Of a DNA stretch of 45,391 bases, positions 1 to 8,593 are shown piece after piece (the first letter of the stretch is position 1; each line of letters begins with the position of its first letter). A model generated the notes under the pieces. That model was not told the DNA's origin, searched no databases, and worked only from the letters and a program-made list of their open reading frames with translations. Position numbers and translations under genes: made by a program. Origin of the DNA: a virus; the IMG/VR virus record IMGVR_UViG_3300029251_000026, one strand, 5' to 3'.

Positions 1-99
1 GGCTGAGACAACCACCTCTATCCATGACGCAAACGCGGATATGCGGGCAGCTGATGCAATGTATGACCGTCTGCACCCGGAGACGGCGCAGGCGCTTCC
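1..99. repeat. Terminal 99-bp direct repeat, identical to 45293-45391; assembly overlap of a circular or circularly permuted molecule
   Basis: The first 99 nt (ggctgagacaaccacc...ggcgcttcc) recur verbatim as the last 99 nt. The reading frame is continuous across the join. Confidence 0.9.
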
Positions 100-3000
100 G
101 ACGGCACAGTGGCTTGCACTGCCGGAGGGCAATACGAGAACGGCGAACACGATGTATGCGGGTGAACAGGGCACGGCGTACAATCAGCGTGCGTTTAACC
201 AGATCCGGACACCGGACGTAATGTATGTTGACAGAAACGGCGGTGTGTCCGGTGAAATGAATGCGTTCCCGAACGTGTTCTACGCTTCGGAAAACGGACA
301 GGTGTCGGACAGACTGACGCCGCGCATGTATCTGCCGGAGGGCAGACAGACGAAGACGCGGTTCGGTGACCGTGTGACCGGCACGGAGACAATTCCGCAG
401 TATTCGGTTGATGAAGCGGGCAAAACGAACGGCGGACTTACCGGCAATGAAATGCAGTGGGCAAAACTGCTGCAGGACAGCGCAAACAAAACAGGCGTTT
501 CGGTGCAGCAGTATGTAGATGAGATTGTCGGCGATACGTTCGACAGATACAATGAAGCGCTGCAGGCGGCGGAACAGTACGTCAAGGACTACAAACCGCA
601 AGGCGTTTCGGTCATTCGGAACGAGGACGGCACAGGCGTTCGTGCAAGCAATAACGAACAGTGGTATTTGGATTTTTACAGCAAGAACGGCAGAAAGCCG
701 AAGAAATCCGAGGCGGCGCAGATTGCGGCGGAAATGGTGAACCGCGATATCCGGAACGGCGGCGGCTCTTGGATTGGCGCTGACCTTGCAACCGATATCA
801 AGACCGCACTGGAAATCCAGCGCGCAGGAAACACGCTGGGGAATGACGTGCTTTCGGCTGAGATTGTAGGCGGTAATCTGGTTATTCAGCGCGGCGAACA
901 CGGATATACCAAGGATATTCGAGACACCAATGCGGCACGAAACGGTATTGTGTCTCCGGTACAGCAGGGAACACCGCAGGCACCGCTGAATACGGGAACC
1001 GGACATGGCATGTCCGGTGCGGCGCAGACGCAGAGCGCACCGACGCTTGCAGACGTGCGAAAGGCGCAGAACGACATTATGCCGAAGTTGACCCGTGCGG
1101 GGGCGGGGACGGCGCAGGCGGGCGTTCAGACCGCGCCGCCGGAAATCACACAGCCGATGCAGGAAAATGTACAGACGGCGGCACAGCAGGCGGACATTAA
1201 CCCCAAGCTGACGAAAGCGACACCGGAAAGCTCGGTAGGTGCGGCGGAGACCGGATTTGACCCATACTCGAAGATGGTGAATGACTATGGTGCTATCCCG
1301 GAGGGCGAGAACCCGGCAAGAGTAGTTGATGTGCCGCAGAGTACCAATGGGGAGGATAGGGTAAGCAATGTGGCGCGAACCATTATGGAGAGCGGCATTA
1401 CACCGGACAACCTCATTCCGGCACTGGAAAACCACGTCGCGGAAGGTCTGTTTTCGCATGATGTGAAGTCGCTGAAAAAAACACTCAGCGGTGCGACGAA
1501 AACCATTCAGAAGAAGGGATGGCAGGGCGCGTTTGACCAGTGGGAGGAAGTGACGGACGGCCGCAGAGCCGTTACGGACGATGATATTGCACTCGGTCAG
1601 ATGATGTACACGGCGGCGGTTGAAGCGGGTGACACGCAGACGGCAATGAAGCTCGCGGGTGATCTTGCAGTACAGGGTACGGCACTCGGACGCGGCGTAA
1701 ATGCGTTTAAGCTGCTCAAAAAGACCACGCCGGAAGGTCAGCTTTACTACTTGCAGAAGGCTGTACAGAAGATTCAGCAGGAGTATCAGTCGCGGTTTGA
1801 CAAGCAGGCGAACAAGGCGGCTAAGAAACAGGGCGTTCCGGCAGCGGAAGTCGCAGACCAGTACGGACTTAAACTGAATGAGGACTTAGCGAAAGAGTTT
1901 TTGCAGGCAGAGACCGATGAAGCGCGTGCAGAAATCACTGACAAGATTTACAATGACGTTGCGCAGCAGATTCCTAAGACGGCAGGCGACATGCTGAACG
2001 CATGGCGCTACTTTGCGATGCTGGGTAATCCGCGCACGCATATCCGCAACATTATGGGCAACGTAGCCTCTGCGGCGGCGCTCGATACCAGTCATAAGGT
2101 TTCGGCAGTAGGTCAGAAGTTTTTGCCGAAGGAAAAGCGAACCCGTGCGCTGCATACGAGCAAGGCGGCAAAGCAGTTTGCCAAGGCGGACTATGCAAAC
2201 GTCGAGACGGAACTCAGCGGCAATGCCTACAAAACCGAGATGAGCGAAATCAAGCAGCGGCAGAAGCTGTTTCCGAAGCTGCTGCAAAAGGTGATGGACG
2301 CGAACACATGGGCACTTGACGCGGAAGATCAGGTTTTTAAGAAGAAATCCTACATTGACAGCATGGGCAACTTCCTGACGGCGCGCGGCTGGGACGTGAA
2401 CAATCTGACGGAAGCACAGCTGAACGAGGCGCGTCAGCACGCGATTCAGGACGCGAAGATTGCAACGTTTCAGGATGCGTCGGCGCTGGCAGACACGCTC
2501 AGCCGACTGGAAAAGAAGAACAAGGCAACAGAAGTTATTATCGGCTCGCTTGTGCCGTTCAAGCGCACGCCAATCAACGTTGCAAAACGCTCGTTTGAGC
2601 TGTCACCGGTCGGTCTGCTGAAAGCAATCACTTATGACGCGGTGCAGGTCAAGAAGGGCAATATGGACGCAACGAAGATGATCGACCATATCGGACAGGG
2701 TCTCACCGGTTCGGGAGTTGCGGCGCTCGGCGCGTTCCTTGCAGCGCAAGGTTTGTTCTCGGCAGGCTCGAGCGACGACGACAAGGAAGCAAACTTTGAT
2801 GCGGGCATGGGTCAGCAGGAGTATGCAATCAACGTCGGCGGCAAGTCGTATACCATTGACTGGGCGTCTCCAACTGTTGTACCGCTTGCGATGGGCGGCG
2901 AACTGTATGAAGCACTGCACCAGAAGTACGACGACGAGGAAACCGCGTTCAATCAGGCAATGGCAACGGTCAGCCGTATGTTTGACCCGATGCTCAATAT

Positions 3001-4903
3001 GACGATGCTGTCCGGCATTGGCTCGACGATTTCGAGCGCAGCATACAACAAGAGCAATCCGCTGTTTGGCATTGCAAGCAACGTTGCAACCAACTTTGGC
3101 GGTCAGTTTGTGCCGACGTTGTTTGGTCAGATTTCGCGCACGATCGACAATACACGCAGAACGACTTATGCGGACAAGAACAGTCCTGTTCCGTCGAGCT
3201 TGCAGAAATTTTTACAGCGGCAGCAGAACAAAGTTTCTGGCGTGTTCCAGATTCCATTTTTGCAAAAATACCAGACACCTGCATACACGGATGTATGGGG
3301 GCGCGAACAGAAAAACGGACCGGACAATGTGTTCGCACGCGCGGCGTACAACTTCTTCTCGCCGGGCTATCTGGCGGATGCAAAGGGCACACAGGCAGAA
3401 AAGGCGCTCAAAGAGCTGTATCAGGCAACCGGCGACAACTCTGTATTGCCAAGCAAGCCGCAGAAGTATTACAAGGCCGAGGACGGCACGAAGAAGTTCC
3501 TCTCTGCGTCTGAATATTCCAAGCTGACAAGCGAGGGCGGCAAAATCTCGCTCGATGCAATCGATAAGCTGACAAAATCCGAGGCGTACAATCAAATGTC
3601 GAACGATGAGAGAATCGAAGCGGTTGCGGATATTTACAAGTATGCTAAGGCGATTGCGGCAAACAAGGTATACAAGAAGGAACTGGACGGCACGACGAAG
3701 ATTGTCAGCGAAAGCGGCATTGAGCCGGGTTTGTACTACGCCTACAAGGAGATGGAGGACAGCCTGAACAACGATATGGAGGGCTGGGAAGCACGAGACC
3801 AGACGTTTAACTCCATCAAGAGCGACAAGTCGCTTTCTGAGCAGGAGAAGAACAGCCTGTATCACACGCTGCTTATCAAGGGTACATCTGACAGCCAGTG
3901 GGAGAAGTACCAGAAAATCAGCGGCAAGGTGACGGCTGAGGAATATGTGGACGCGATGATTCAGAAGCAGGCGATCACCAAGGAAGGTGAGGATATCGAG
4001 AAGGGACGCGCTTCTTTGGAGGCTACGGAGTTTTCGTATTACCTCGATTCCAAGGGGTATACCGGTGAAAAGCGGCAGGCGCTGGAAGATACGTTCAAGT
4101 TCTATTCGATGGTTAAGGCTGACCCTGCAAACTATACGTTTGATATGATTCGTGAGAACGGCGGCACAAAGGAAAAAGCCGCTATCGGAGAAGTGGAAAG
4201 CGCCGGTATCAGCGCAGCGCAGTACGCACAGATTAAGTCTGCGGCAAGCGGTGTTACCTATGAAAAGGGCAAATCTGGTGCGAAACTGGCGGCAGTTGCA
4301 AAGGTTGTCAGCCAGAACACGGCGAACTACAATGAGTATGCGGCAGTTATGCATGCGCTCGGCTACAAAAAGATTGACGGACATTACACCAGTGGCGGCA
4401 AACTGCCGGAAGAAAGCGGTTTGAACACCGGTATCAATGTAAACCGTTCATCGGCTTCGCAGAAAACCAGCAGCGCGGGATTTGTTAATCCGACTACGGC
4501 AAGCAACTCTGTTGTAACCAGCGGATACGGCGGCAGAAACGCACCGAAAACCTCCGTCGGATACGGCAGTTCCAACCATGACGGTATTGATATTGGCGGC
4601 ACAGGCGGCAATCTGAACGGTCAGGCGGCGGACAGTATCGGCGGCGGTAAGGTTACTGAGGTTGGCTACGATGAGAACGGCTACGGCAACTATGTTGTAG
4701 TAGATCACGGCAACGGCTATACCTCGCTGTACGGTCACTTGCAGAAGGCTACGGTTAAGCAGGGAGACACGGTAAGCGCAGGTCAGCAGGTCGGCGTGAT
4801 CGGCTCCACCGGCAGCAGTTCCGCTCCACACCTGCACCTGAGAGTGCATAAGAACGGACAGAGCATTGACCCGAGAACGGTTATTCCGGGGTATGGCGGA
4901 TAA
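2..4903 (+). CDS. Giant virion-associated (ejection/polyvalent-type) protein, C-terminal 1,634 codons, with a C-terminal M23 (LytM) peptidase domain; 5' part lies at 43458-45391
   Basis: The frame is open from position 2, with no stop before the track start at 41. It is in phase with the ORF that runs off the window end. M23 motifs are HDGIDIGG (H codon at 4577) and SSAPHLHLRVH. Terminator follows. Confidence 0.8.
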   Translation, partial: AETTTSIHDANADMRAADAMYDRLHPETAQALPTAQWLALPEGNTRTANTMYAGEQGTAYNQRAFNQIRTPDVMYVDRNGGVSGEMNAFPNVFYASENGQVSDRLTPRMYLPEGRQTKTRFGDRVTGTETIPQYSVDEAGKTNGGLTGNEMQWAKLLQDSANKTGVSVQQYVDEIVGDTFDRYNEALQAAEQYVKDYKPQGVSVIRNEDGTGVRASNNEQWYLDFYSKNGRKPKKSEAAQIAAEMVNRDIRNGGGSWIGADLATDIKTALEIQRAGNTLGNDVLSAEIVGGNLVIQRGEHGYTKDIRDTNAARNGIVSPVQQGTPQAPLNTGTGHGMSGAAQTQSAPTLADVRKAQNDIMPKLTRAGAGTAQAGVQTAPPEITQPMQENVQTAAQQADINPKLTKATPESSVGAAETGFDPYSKMVNDYGAIPEGENPARVVDVPQSTNGEDRVSNVARTIMESGITPDNLIPALENHVAEGLFSHDVKSLKKTLSGATKTIQKKGWQGAFDQWEEVTDGRRAVTDDDIALGQMMYTAAVEAGDTQTAMKLAGDLAVQGTALGRGVNAFKLLKKTTPEGQLYYLQKAVQKIQQEYQSRFDKQANKAAKKQGVPAAEVADQYGLKLNEDLAKEFLQAETDEARAEITDKIYNDVAQQIPKTAGDMLNAWRYFAMLGNPRTHIRNIMGNVASAAALDTSHKVSAVGQKFLPKEKRTRALHTSKAAKQFAKADYANVETELSGNAYKTEMSEIKQRQKLFPKLLQKVMDANTWALDAEDQVFKKKSYIDSMGNFLTARGWDVNNLTEAQLNEARQHAIQDAKIATFQDASALADTLSRLEKKNKATEVIIGSLVPFKRTPINVAKRSFELSPVGLLKAITYDAVQVKKGNMDATKMIDHIGQGLTGSGVAALGAFLAAQGLFSAGSSDDDKEANFDAGMGQQEYAINVGGKSYTIDWASPTVVPLAMGGELYEALHQKYDDEETAFNQAMATVSRMFDPMLNMTMLSGIGSTISSAAYNKSNPLFGIASNVATNFGGQFVPTLFGQISRTIDNTRRTTYADKNSPVPSSLQKFLQRQQNKVSGVFQIPFLQKYQTPAYTDVWGREQKNGPDNVFARAAYNFFSPGYLADAKGTQAEKALKELYQATGDNSVLPSKPQKYYKAEDGTKKFLSASEYSKLTSEGGKISLDAIDKLTKSEAYNQMSNDERIEAVADIYKYAKAIAANKVYKKELDGTTKIVSESGIEPGLYYAYKEMEDSLNNDMEGWEARDQTFNSIKSDKSLSEQEKNSLYHTLLIKGTSDSQWEKYQKISGKVTAEEYVDAMIQKQAITKEGEDIEKGRASLEATEFSYYLDSKGYTGEKRQALEDTFKFYSMVKADPANYTFDMIRENGGTKEKAAIGEVESAGISAAQYAQIKSAASGVTYEKGKSGAKLAAVAKVVSQNTANYNEYAAVMHALGYKKIDGHYTSGGKLPEESGLNTGINVNRSSASQKTSSAGFVNPTTASNSVVTSGYGGRNAPKTSVGYGSSNHDGIDIGGTGGNLNGQAADSIGGGKVTEVGYDENGYGNYVVVDHGNGYTSLYGHLQKATVKQGDTVSAGQQVGVIGSTGSSSAPHLHLRVHKNGQSIDPRTVIPGYGG

Positions 4904-4906
4904 GAG

Positions 4907-4936
4907 AAGGGAGGGCGCGAAGCCCTCCCTTTTTTC
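4907..4936 (+). terminator. Rho-independent terminator after the giant ORF
   Basis: Perfect 10-bp stem aagggagggc / gccctccctt with loop gcgaa, followed by a T-run. Confidence 0.8.
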
Positions 4937-4942
4937 TCTTTT

Positions 4943-4965
4943 GTGTGTCATTTAATGTGTCACCT
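4943..4965. repeat. 23-bp direct repeat copy 1 (two TGTGTCA heptamers 12 bp apart); candidate integrase arm-type site
   Basis: gtgtgtcatttaatgtgtcacct matches 5205-5227 at 21 of 23 positions. Confidence 0.7.
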
Positions 4966-5072
4966 GTGATTTTTGATGCATAAATCGTTAGATATAGCTG
5001 AGATTTTTCGGAATTACAAATTGAAGCAACTGCAATATGCTATGATTTTACCCTTGCATATAAAACCGAATA

Positions 5073-5118
5073 AAATTCCTCGTCAAACTCTGAATTTGGC
5101 GAGGAATTTCTGTTTTTT
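5073..5118 (+). terminator. Hairpin plus T-run in the AT-rich int-proximal spacer
   Basis: aaattcctcg (5073-5082) pairs with cgaggaattt (5100-5109) and is followed by ctgtttttt. Confidence 0.45.
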
Positions 5119-5204
5119 CGAATTTATTCAAGGTATGAAACAAAACGGGGGATTGCGACGATTACCTCATAAATGTGTTTGAAGGGGGTTTTGCGTGGTG
5201 TTGG

Positions 5205-5227
5205 GTGTGTCACTTGATGTGTCACCT
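5205..5227. repeat. 23-bp direct repeat copy 2; overlaps the integrase stop codon
   Basis: gtgtgtcacttgatgtgtcacct matches 4943-4965 at 21 of 23 positions. Confidence 0.7.
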
Positions 5228-6301
5228 AATAGACGCGATTTTCCCGCTATCGCGCGCTTGCTGAAATTCCGCAATACGATCGGCGGCAGACGCAAATGCC
5301 TCGTCAGAGAGGTGCGTATAAATTCGCGCGGTCATAGCGATGCTTTTGTGCCCCATGAGTTCTTTTGCTACATTGATAGGTACGCCTGCGGTTTGCAAAT
5401 CGGTTGCAAAAGTGTGACGCATACAGTATGGAGTGAGGTCTTCGGCTACTTTAGATGTCTCTGGTATAATAGTTTTGCGGAAAGTCTTTGCACCCATGTC
5501 AATATCAAGAGCACGCTTAAAAGTCTGCCACATGTGATACATGGAAGATATGCTATATGGAGCGCCAGTTATCGGCTGAGTAAAGATATATCCTGTGCCT
5601 CCGGTGAGATACGGACGCAATGCAGGATTGATAGGGACGGAACGATCGCCGTAGTCGGTCTTTGCTGAATGCAGGATTATTCTGTTTTCGCTCAAACGCA
5701 CATCTTCCCATTTGGCTTTGCGAGTTTCAACCGGACGCGCACCAGTGTAAAGCATAAACAAAACCCAAAAACCGGCGCGATGTGTTTTGCAGACGTTGAG
5801 TATATGTTTCCGCTCATCTGCGGTAATGGCTCTGTGTGTACCTCTTTCTGCTGTTGGCATAGTGATTCCCTCGGAAGGGTCAAATGTGAGTATGCGCTCT
5901 ATACGAGCCTGCTTAAACGCAGCTCTAATGAATGTGATTAGTTTGGTTGCGAGGGAAAAGGACTTTCCGGCAACCTCGTTCATAATACGCTGTAAATGCG
6001 CTGACTTAACATCGCACAGCCGCATATTCCCGATGACCGGAGAGATATAATTTTTTTGCATGCCAACCATGTTTCGATATGTGCTATTTGCTACCGTGGT
6101 CTTTTTGTAGGTCTCCAGATAATCTGTAAACCACTTATCAACTGTGGTATTTTCGTTAATAATGTCGATACCCTGTTCAAGACGGCGTTTCTTCTCCTCC
6201 ACCTTTCGCCACAAATCGCGTTGCGTCTTTGCACGGACATTGTAGCGCTTGCCCGCAAACGAGAATGATTCACGATAATATCCATCTTTGTTTTTATTCA
6301 T
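5222..6301 (-). CDS. int: Tyrosine recombinase (phage integrase)
   Basis: 359 aa. C-terminal catalytic signature is CMRHTFATDL ... GHKSIAMTARIYTH (H-x-x-R and the Tyr nucleophile). AGGAGG RBS upstream. Confidence 0.9.
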   Translation of the reverse strand: MNKNKDGYYRESFSFAGKRYNVRAKTQRDLWRKVEEKKRRLEQGIDIINENTTVDKWFTDYLETYKKTTVANSTYRNMVGMQKNYISPVIGNMRLCDVKSAHLQRIMNEVAGKSFSLATKLITFIRAAFKQARIERILTFDPSEGITMPTAERGTHRAITADERKHILNVCKTHRAGFWVLFMLYTGARPVETRKAKWEDVRLSENRIILHSAKTDYGDRSVPINPALRPYLTGGTGYIFTQPITGAPYSISSMYHMWQTFKRALDIDMGAKTFRKTIIPETSKVAEDLTPYCMRHTFATDLQTAGVPINVAKELMGHKSIAMTARIYTHLSDEAFASAADRIAEFQQARDSGKIASIR

Positions 6302-6411
6302 GTTGAAAAACCTCCTATTTTGTCGTATAATAAGAGGGTAGATTCCGTTCCAAAGTTTCTACCCTCATTTCCCGCTTCGGTGTTGGCGCACTGGAGCGGG
6401 ATTTTTTTGTT

Positions 6412-6828
6412 TCAAAAACGTTTTTTCAGATAACCGCAGGTCGGTACCCAGATCAGGTACAGTACAAGCAGCCGGATGAACACGGAACCGAAGCTAAAGT
6501 AATCCGGCAGTGTTGCATAGTCTGCGCATGCGGTTGCAATGTGCGTTATGGTGCTTGCTATAATCACATCACGCGCACAGTTGGCGCAGCGCGGGCTTTT
6601 CCGGAATAAGTTCACGGCTAAACGAGTGCCCATAACGGCTGATACGATGCCGCAGATAATGTAGGTGTAGCAGTATATCGGTTCAGAGTGAAACATAGTG
6701 GATGCCGAACCGGCCTTGAACAGCGACAACCCCTGTATAGCTGAGTATGGAGAAAACAGGTTCAAGATTGCGCCGAGCGGCACGACAACACGCAGGATGT
6801 TAAACCAGATCATGCCTTGTGGTTTCAT
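6412..6828 (-). CDS. Small polytopic membrane protein (lysogeny-module accessory gene)
   Basis: 138 aa with about 4 hydrophobic segments. It sits between int and the repressor on the lysogenic strand. Confidence 0.6.
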   Translation of the reverse strand: MKPQGMIWFNILRVVVPLGAILNLFSPYSAIQGLSLFKAGSASTMFHSEPIYCYTYIICGIVSAVMGTRLAVNLFRKSPRCANCARDVIIASTITHIATACADYATLPDYFSFGSVFIRLLVLYLIWVPTCGYLKKRF

Positions 6829-6832
6829 AATT

Positions 6833-7399
6833 TCACTTCCTTACTGTGGCGTCAGCTTCTTCGACGATGCCGTATGTGTCGCAAGCGTCGCTCCATCCAT
6901 CGGCATAAGCGCTTTGCATTGCGTCCTGTGCGTCATTATACAGGCTGTCCATATCGTCCTCGGAGTAGAGGTTGAAATGGGACTTTACTTCGTCGAGGTG
7001 GCTTTCGACGTAGTTGTAAACAAATTCCTGAACGGTGTCTTCTGGAAAATAATCATCAATATCCGTTCCAACTTGCTTGATAAACGCCTGCTGATCGGCT
7101 TCTTCTCGGCTGTCAGCAGTACTTGTGTAATACCAGGCACCGACGGCAACAGCGATAATCACACACCAGATAACACAGCGTTTAGCATCTTTTTGAAACT
7201 GGTCTTGGATGAAGCACCAAACAGCGGTAATAATCGCTATAATACCCCAGAACTTTATGGATATAATAAGCGCTACTTTCCATCCCTCTTTGAATACGAA
7301 CCAGTTGAATAAAACGGTCAGTCCGAAGACAACGATATAAACAACCAGTAGAAAAGCAACCAGAGGCTTCGTAAGACCGTTCTTCTCTTTGTCGTTCAC
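6833..7399 (-). CDS. Membrane-anchored protein with an acidic soluble C-terminal domain (accessory gene)
   Basis: 188 aa. The N-terminal half has 3 hydrophobic helices. It lies 4 nt upstream of the 6412-6828 gene. Confidence 0.6.
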   Translation of the reverse strand: MNDKEKNGLTKPLVAFLLVVYIVVFGLTVLFNWFVFKEGWKVALIISIKFWGIIAIITAVWCFIQDQFQKDAKRCVIWCVIIAVAVGAWYYTSTADSREEADQQAFIKQVGTDIDDYFPEDTVQEFVYNYVESHLDEVKSHFNLYSEDDMDSLYNDAQDAMQSAYADGWSDACDTYGIVEEADATVRK

Positions 7400-7449
7400 C
7401 TTGCACCCTTCCTTTACTTATGGTAAAATATGCGTGCAAGGCTTCCCTT

Positions 7450-7497
7450 GTATAAATGCCCGTTTGGTGGTCGCGTCACCGGCGGGCGTTTTTTATT
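7450..7497. terminator. GC-rich hairpin flanked by A-run/T-run; possible bidirectional terminator
   Basis: gcccg...ggtg gtcgcgt cacc...cgggc is followed by gtttttta on the + strand. An A-run precedes it when read on the - strand. Confidence 0.35.
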
Positions 7498-7540
7498 TGT
7501 CCGGTTTATTGGACTTTTTTTGTGATCGTCGAATTCATGG

Positions 7541-7569
7541 TTGCATATCGAACAAATGTTCGATATAAT
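7541..7569 (+). promoter_or_regulatory. Sigma-A type promoter TTGCAT-17-TATAAT with an embedded LexA (Cheo) box
   Basis: ttgcat 7541-7546 and tataat 7564-7569. The perfect inverted repeat atatCGAACAAATGTTCGatat (7545-7566) matches the Firmicutes LexA consensus GAAC-N4-GTTC. Confidence 0.7.
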
Positions 7570-7662
7570 TATGTCATAAAAAGACGAACGATTGCTGTTG
7601 ATATTCCCATTATAAGGTAATATCATAGGAGTATACAACAGGAAAGGCAGGAACCAAACATC

Positions 7663-7842
7663 ATGGACAACATCGACCGTTTTACCGCAATGCTCAATTC
7701 ATGCGCTAACCCGTTGCGCGTTTATAACGCTTTAAGAACGATTGCCGAAACGCCATTCGAGCAATCCAATGATGTGCGCAAGAAACGCGAGATCATCGTC
7801 GGAAAGGTTGCCGGACTGGTCGAGCAATCCGAGAGCCTTTAA
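7663..7842 (+). CDS. 59-aa ORF downstream of the SOS-box promoter; candidate antirepressor, overlapping the 3' end of the repressor gene antisense
   Basis: ATG at 7663 and TAA at 7840-7842. Translation is MDNIDRFTAMLNSCANPLRVYNALRTIAETPFEQSNDVRKKREIIVGKVAGLVEQSESL. The RBS is weak (agga 10 nt upstream). The ORF is below the 60-aa track cutoff. Confidence 0.4.
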   Translation: MDNIDRFTAMLNSCANPLRVYNALRTIAETPFEQSNDVRKKREIIVGKVAGLVEQSESL

Positions 7843-8124
7843 CAACTCAATGGACATCTCTCTTGTAATTTCCCCTGTTTCGGCTTCGGCCGGAGCGGGG
7901 GATTTTTCTGTTTCTGCTGATTGGTCATCTTCTATGCCGAGCAGGTAGTCAGTAGTGACATTGAATTTCTCTGCTATAGATATCAGATATCCGGAACCAG
8001 CTTCACGTTCACCGTTTTCGTATTTGGTGATTGTGGCATAAGGCTTGCCTAATTCTTCTGCAAGCCGTTTCCGTGTGTAACCGTTACGTTCTCGAACTTC
8101 TACAAGCCTTTCGGGTATTCCCAT
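7732..8124 (-). CDS. XRE-family HTH repressor (CI-like), no S24 autocleavage domain
   Basis: 130 aa. N-terminal HTH is RNGYTRKRLAEELGKPYATITKYENGEREAG...TTDYLLG. AAGGAGGTG RBS. Divergent from the cro-like gene. Confidence 0.85.
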   Translation of the reverse strand: MGIPERLVEVRERNGYTRKRLAEELGKPYATITKYENGEREAGSGYLISIAEKFNVTTDYLLGIEDDQSAETEKSPAPAEAETGEITREMSIELLKALGLLDQSGNLSDDDLAFLAHIIGLLEWRFGNRS

Positions 8125-8149
8125 TGTTGCACCTCCTTACTATGGTTCT

Positions 8150-8178
8150 ATTATATATCTGCTCTGTTTGCGTGTCAA
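8150..8178 (-). promoter_or_regulatory. Consensus promoter for the repressor gene (TTGACA-17-TATAAT on the minus strand)
   Basis: The plus strand reads attata (8150-8155) and tgtcaa (8173-8178), with a 17-bp spacer. Confidence 0.7.
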
Positions 8179-8187
8179 CAAAAAAAT

Positions 8188-8276
8188 ACCCAAATTGGGT
8201 AAAAAATCTTTGCTTAACTGTTGACATTAACCCGTAATGGGTGTATAGTATAGACAGTGATTAACCCGTTTCGGGT
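8188..8276. promoter_or_regulatory. Three ACCC-N5-GGGT operator-like palindromes in the repressor/cro intergenic region
   Basis: tACCCaaattGGGTa (8187-8201, perfect), ACCCgtaatGGGT (8230-8242, inside the cro promoter spacer) and ACCCgtttcGGGT (8264-8276). Confidence 0.6.
8221..8249 (+). promoter_or_regulatory. Early lytic promoter TTGACA-17-TATAGT
   Basis: ttgaca 8221-8226 and tatagt 8244-8249. Followed by the RBS aaatggaggtg and the cro-like ATG at 8295. Confidence 0.65.
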
Positions 8277-8294
8277 AAATGGAGGTGAAAAAGT

Positions 8295-8507
8295 ATGTTT
8301 CCGAATATTGATGCGGAACGAGGTCGCAACAATTTGAGCAAGGCGGCTTTAGCTCGTGAGCTTGGCGTTTCGTACAGCACGTTCAAGTCCTGGATGGCTG
8401 GCAAGACGGATATTCCGTCTTCTAAGATCATCGAAATGACACGGCTGTTTGGCGTCACTGCGGATTATCTGCTCGGCATTGACCGACACGACAACGAGAG
8501 CGCATAA
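8295..8507 (+). CDS. Cro-like XRE-family HTH regulator
   Basis: 70 aa. HTH is LSKAALARELGVSYSTFKSWMAGKTDIP...TADYLLG. Confidence 0.8.
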   Translation: MFPNIDAERGRNNLSKAALARELGVSYSTFKSWMAGKTDIPSSKIIEMTRLFGVTADYLLGIDRHDNESA

Positions 8508-8593
8508 GTCGAAATGGCGCTGCTTATTGTGTGTGCGATGCTGCGTTGTGGCAACGACGATGCTGAGAGATAACACATCATCAACGCACTAAG

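Noticed and set aside
4973-5182. A 69-aa TTG-start ORF in the AT-rich int-proximal spacer.
   Set aside because: It has no RBS, low-complexity AT-driven composition, and is interrupted by a terminator-like hairpin. The region is treated as a candidate attP.
7414-7638. A 74-aa minus-strand ORF between the accessory genes and the repressor.
   Set aside because: It is AT-rich with odd composition (Asn/Ile/Pro) and no RBS. It overlaps the SOS-box promoter and is better explained as regulatory DNA.
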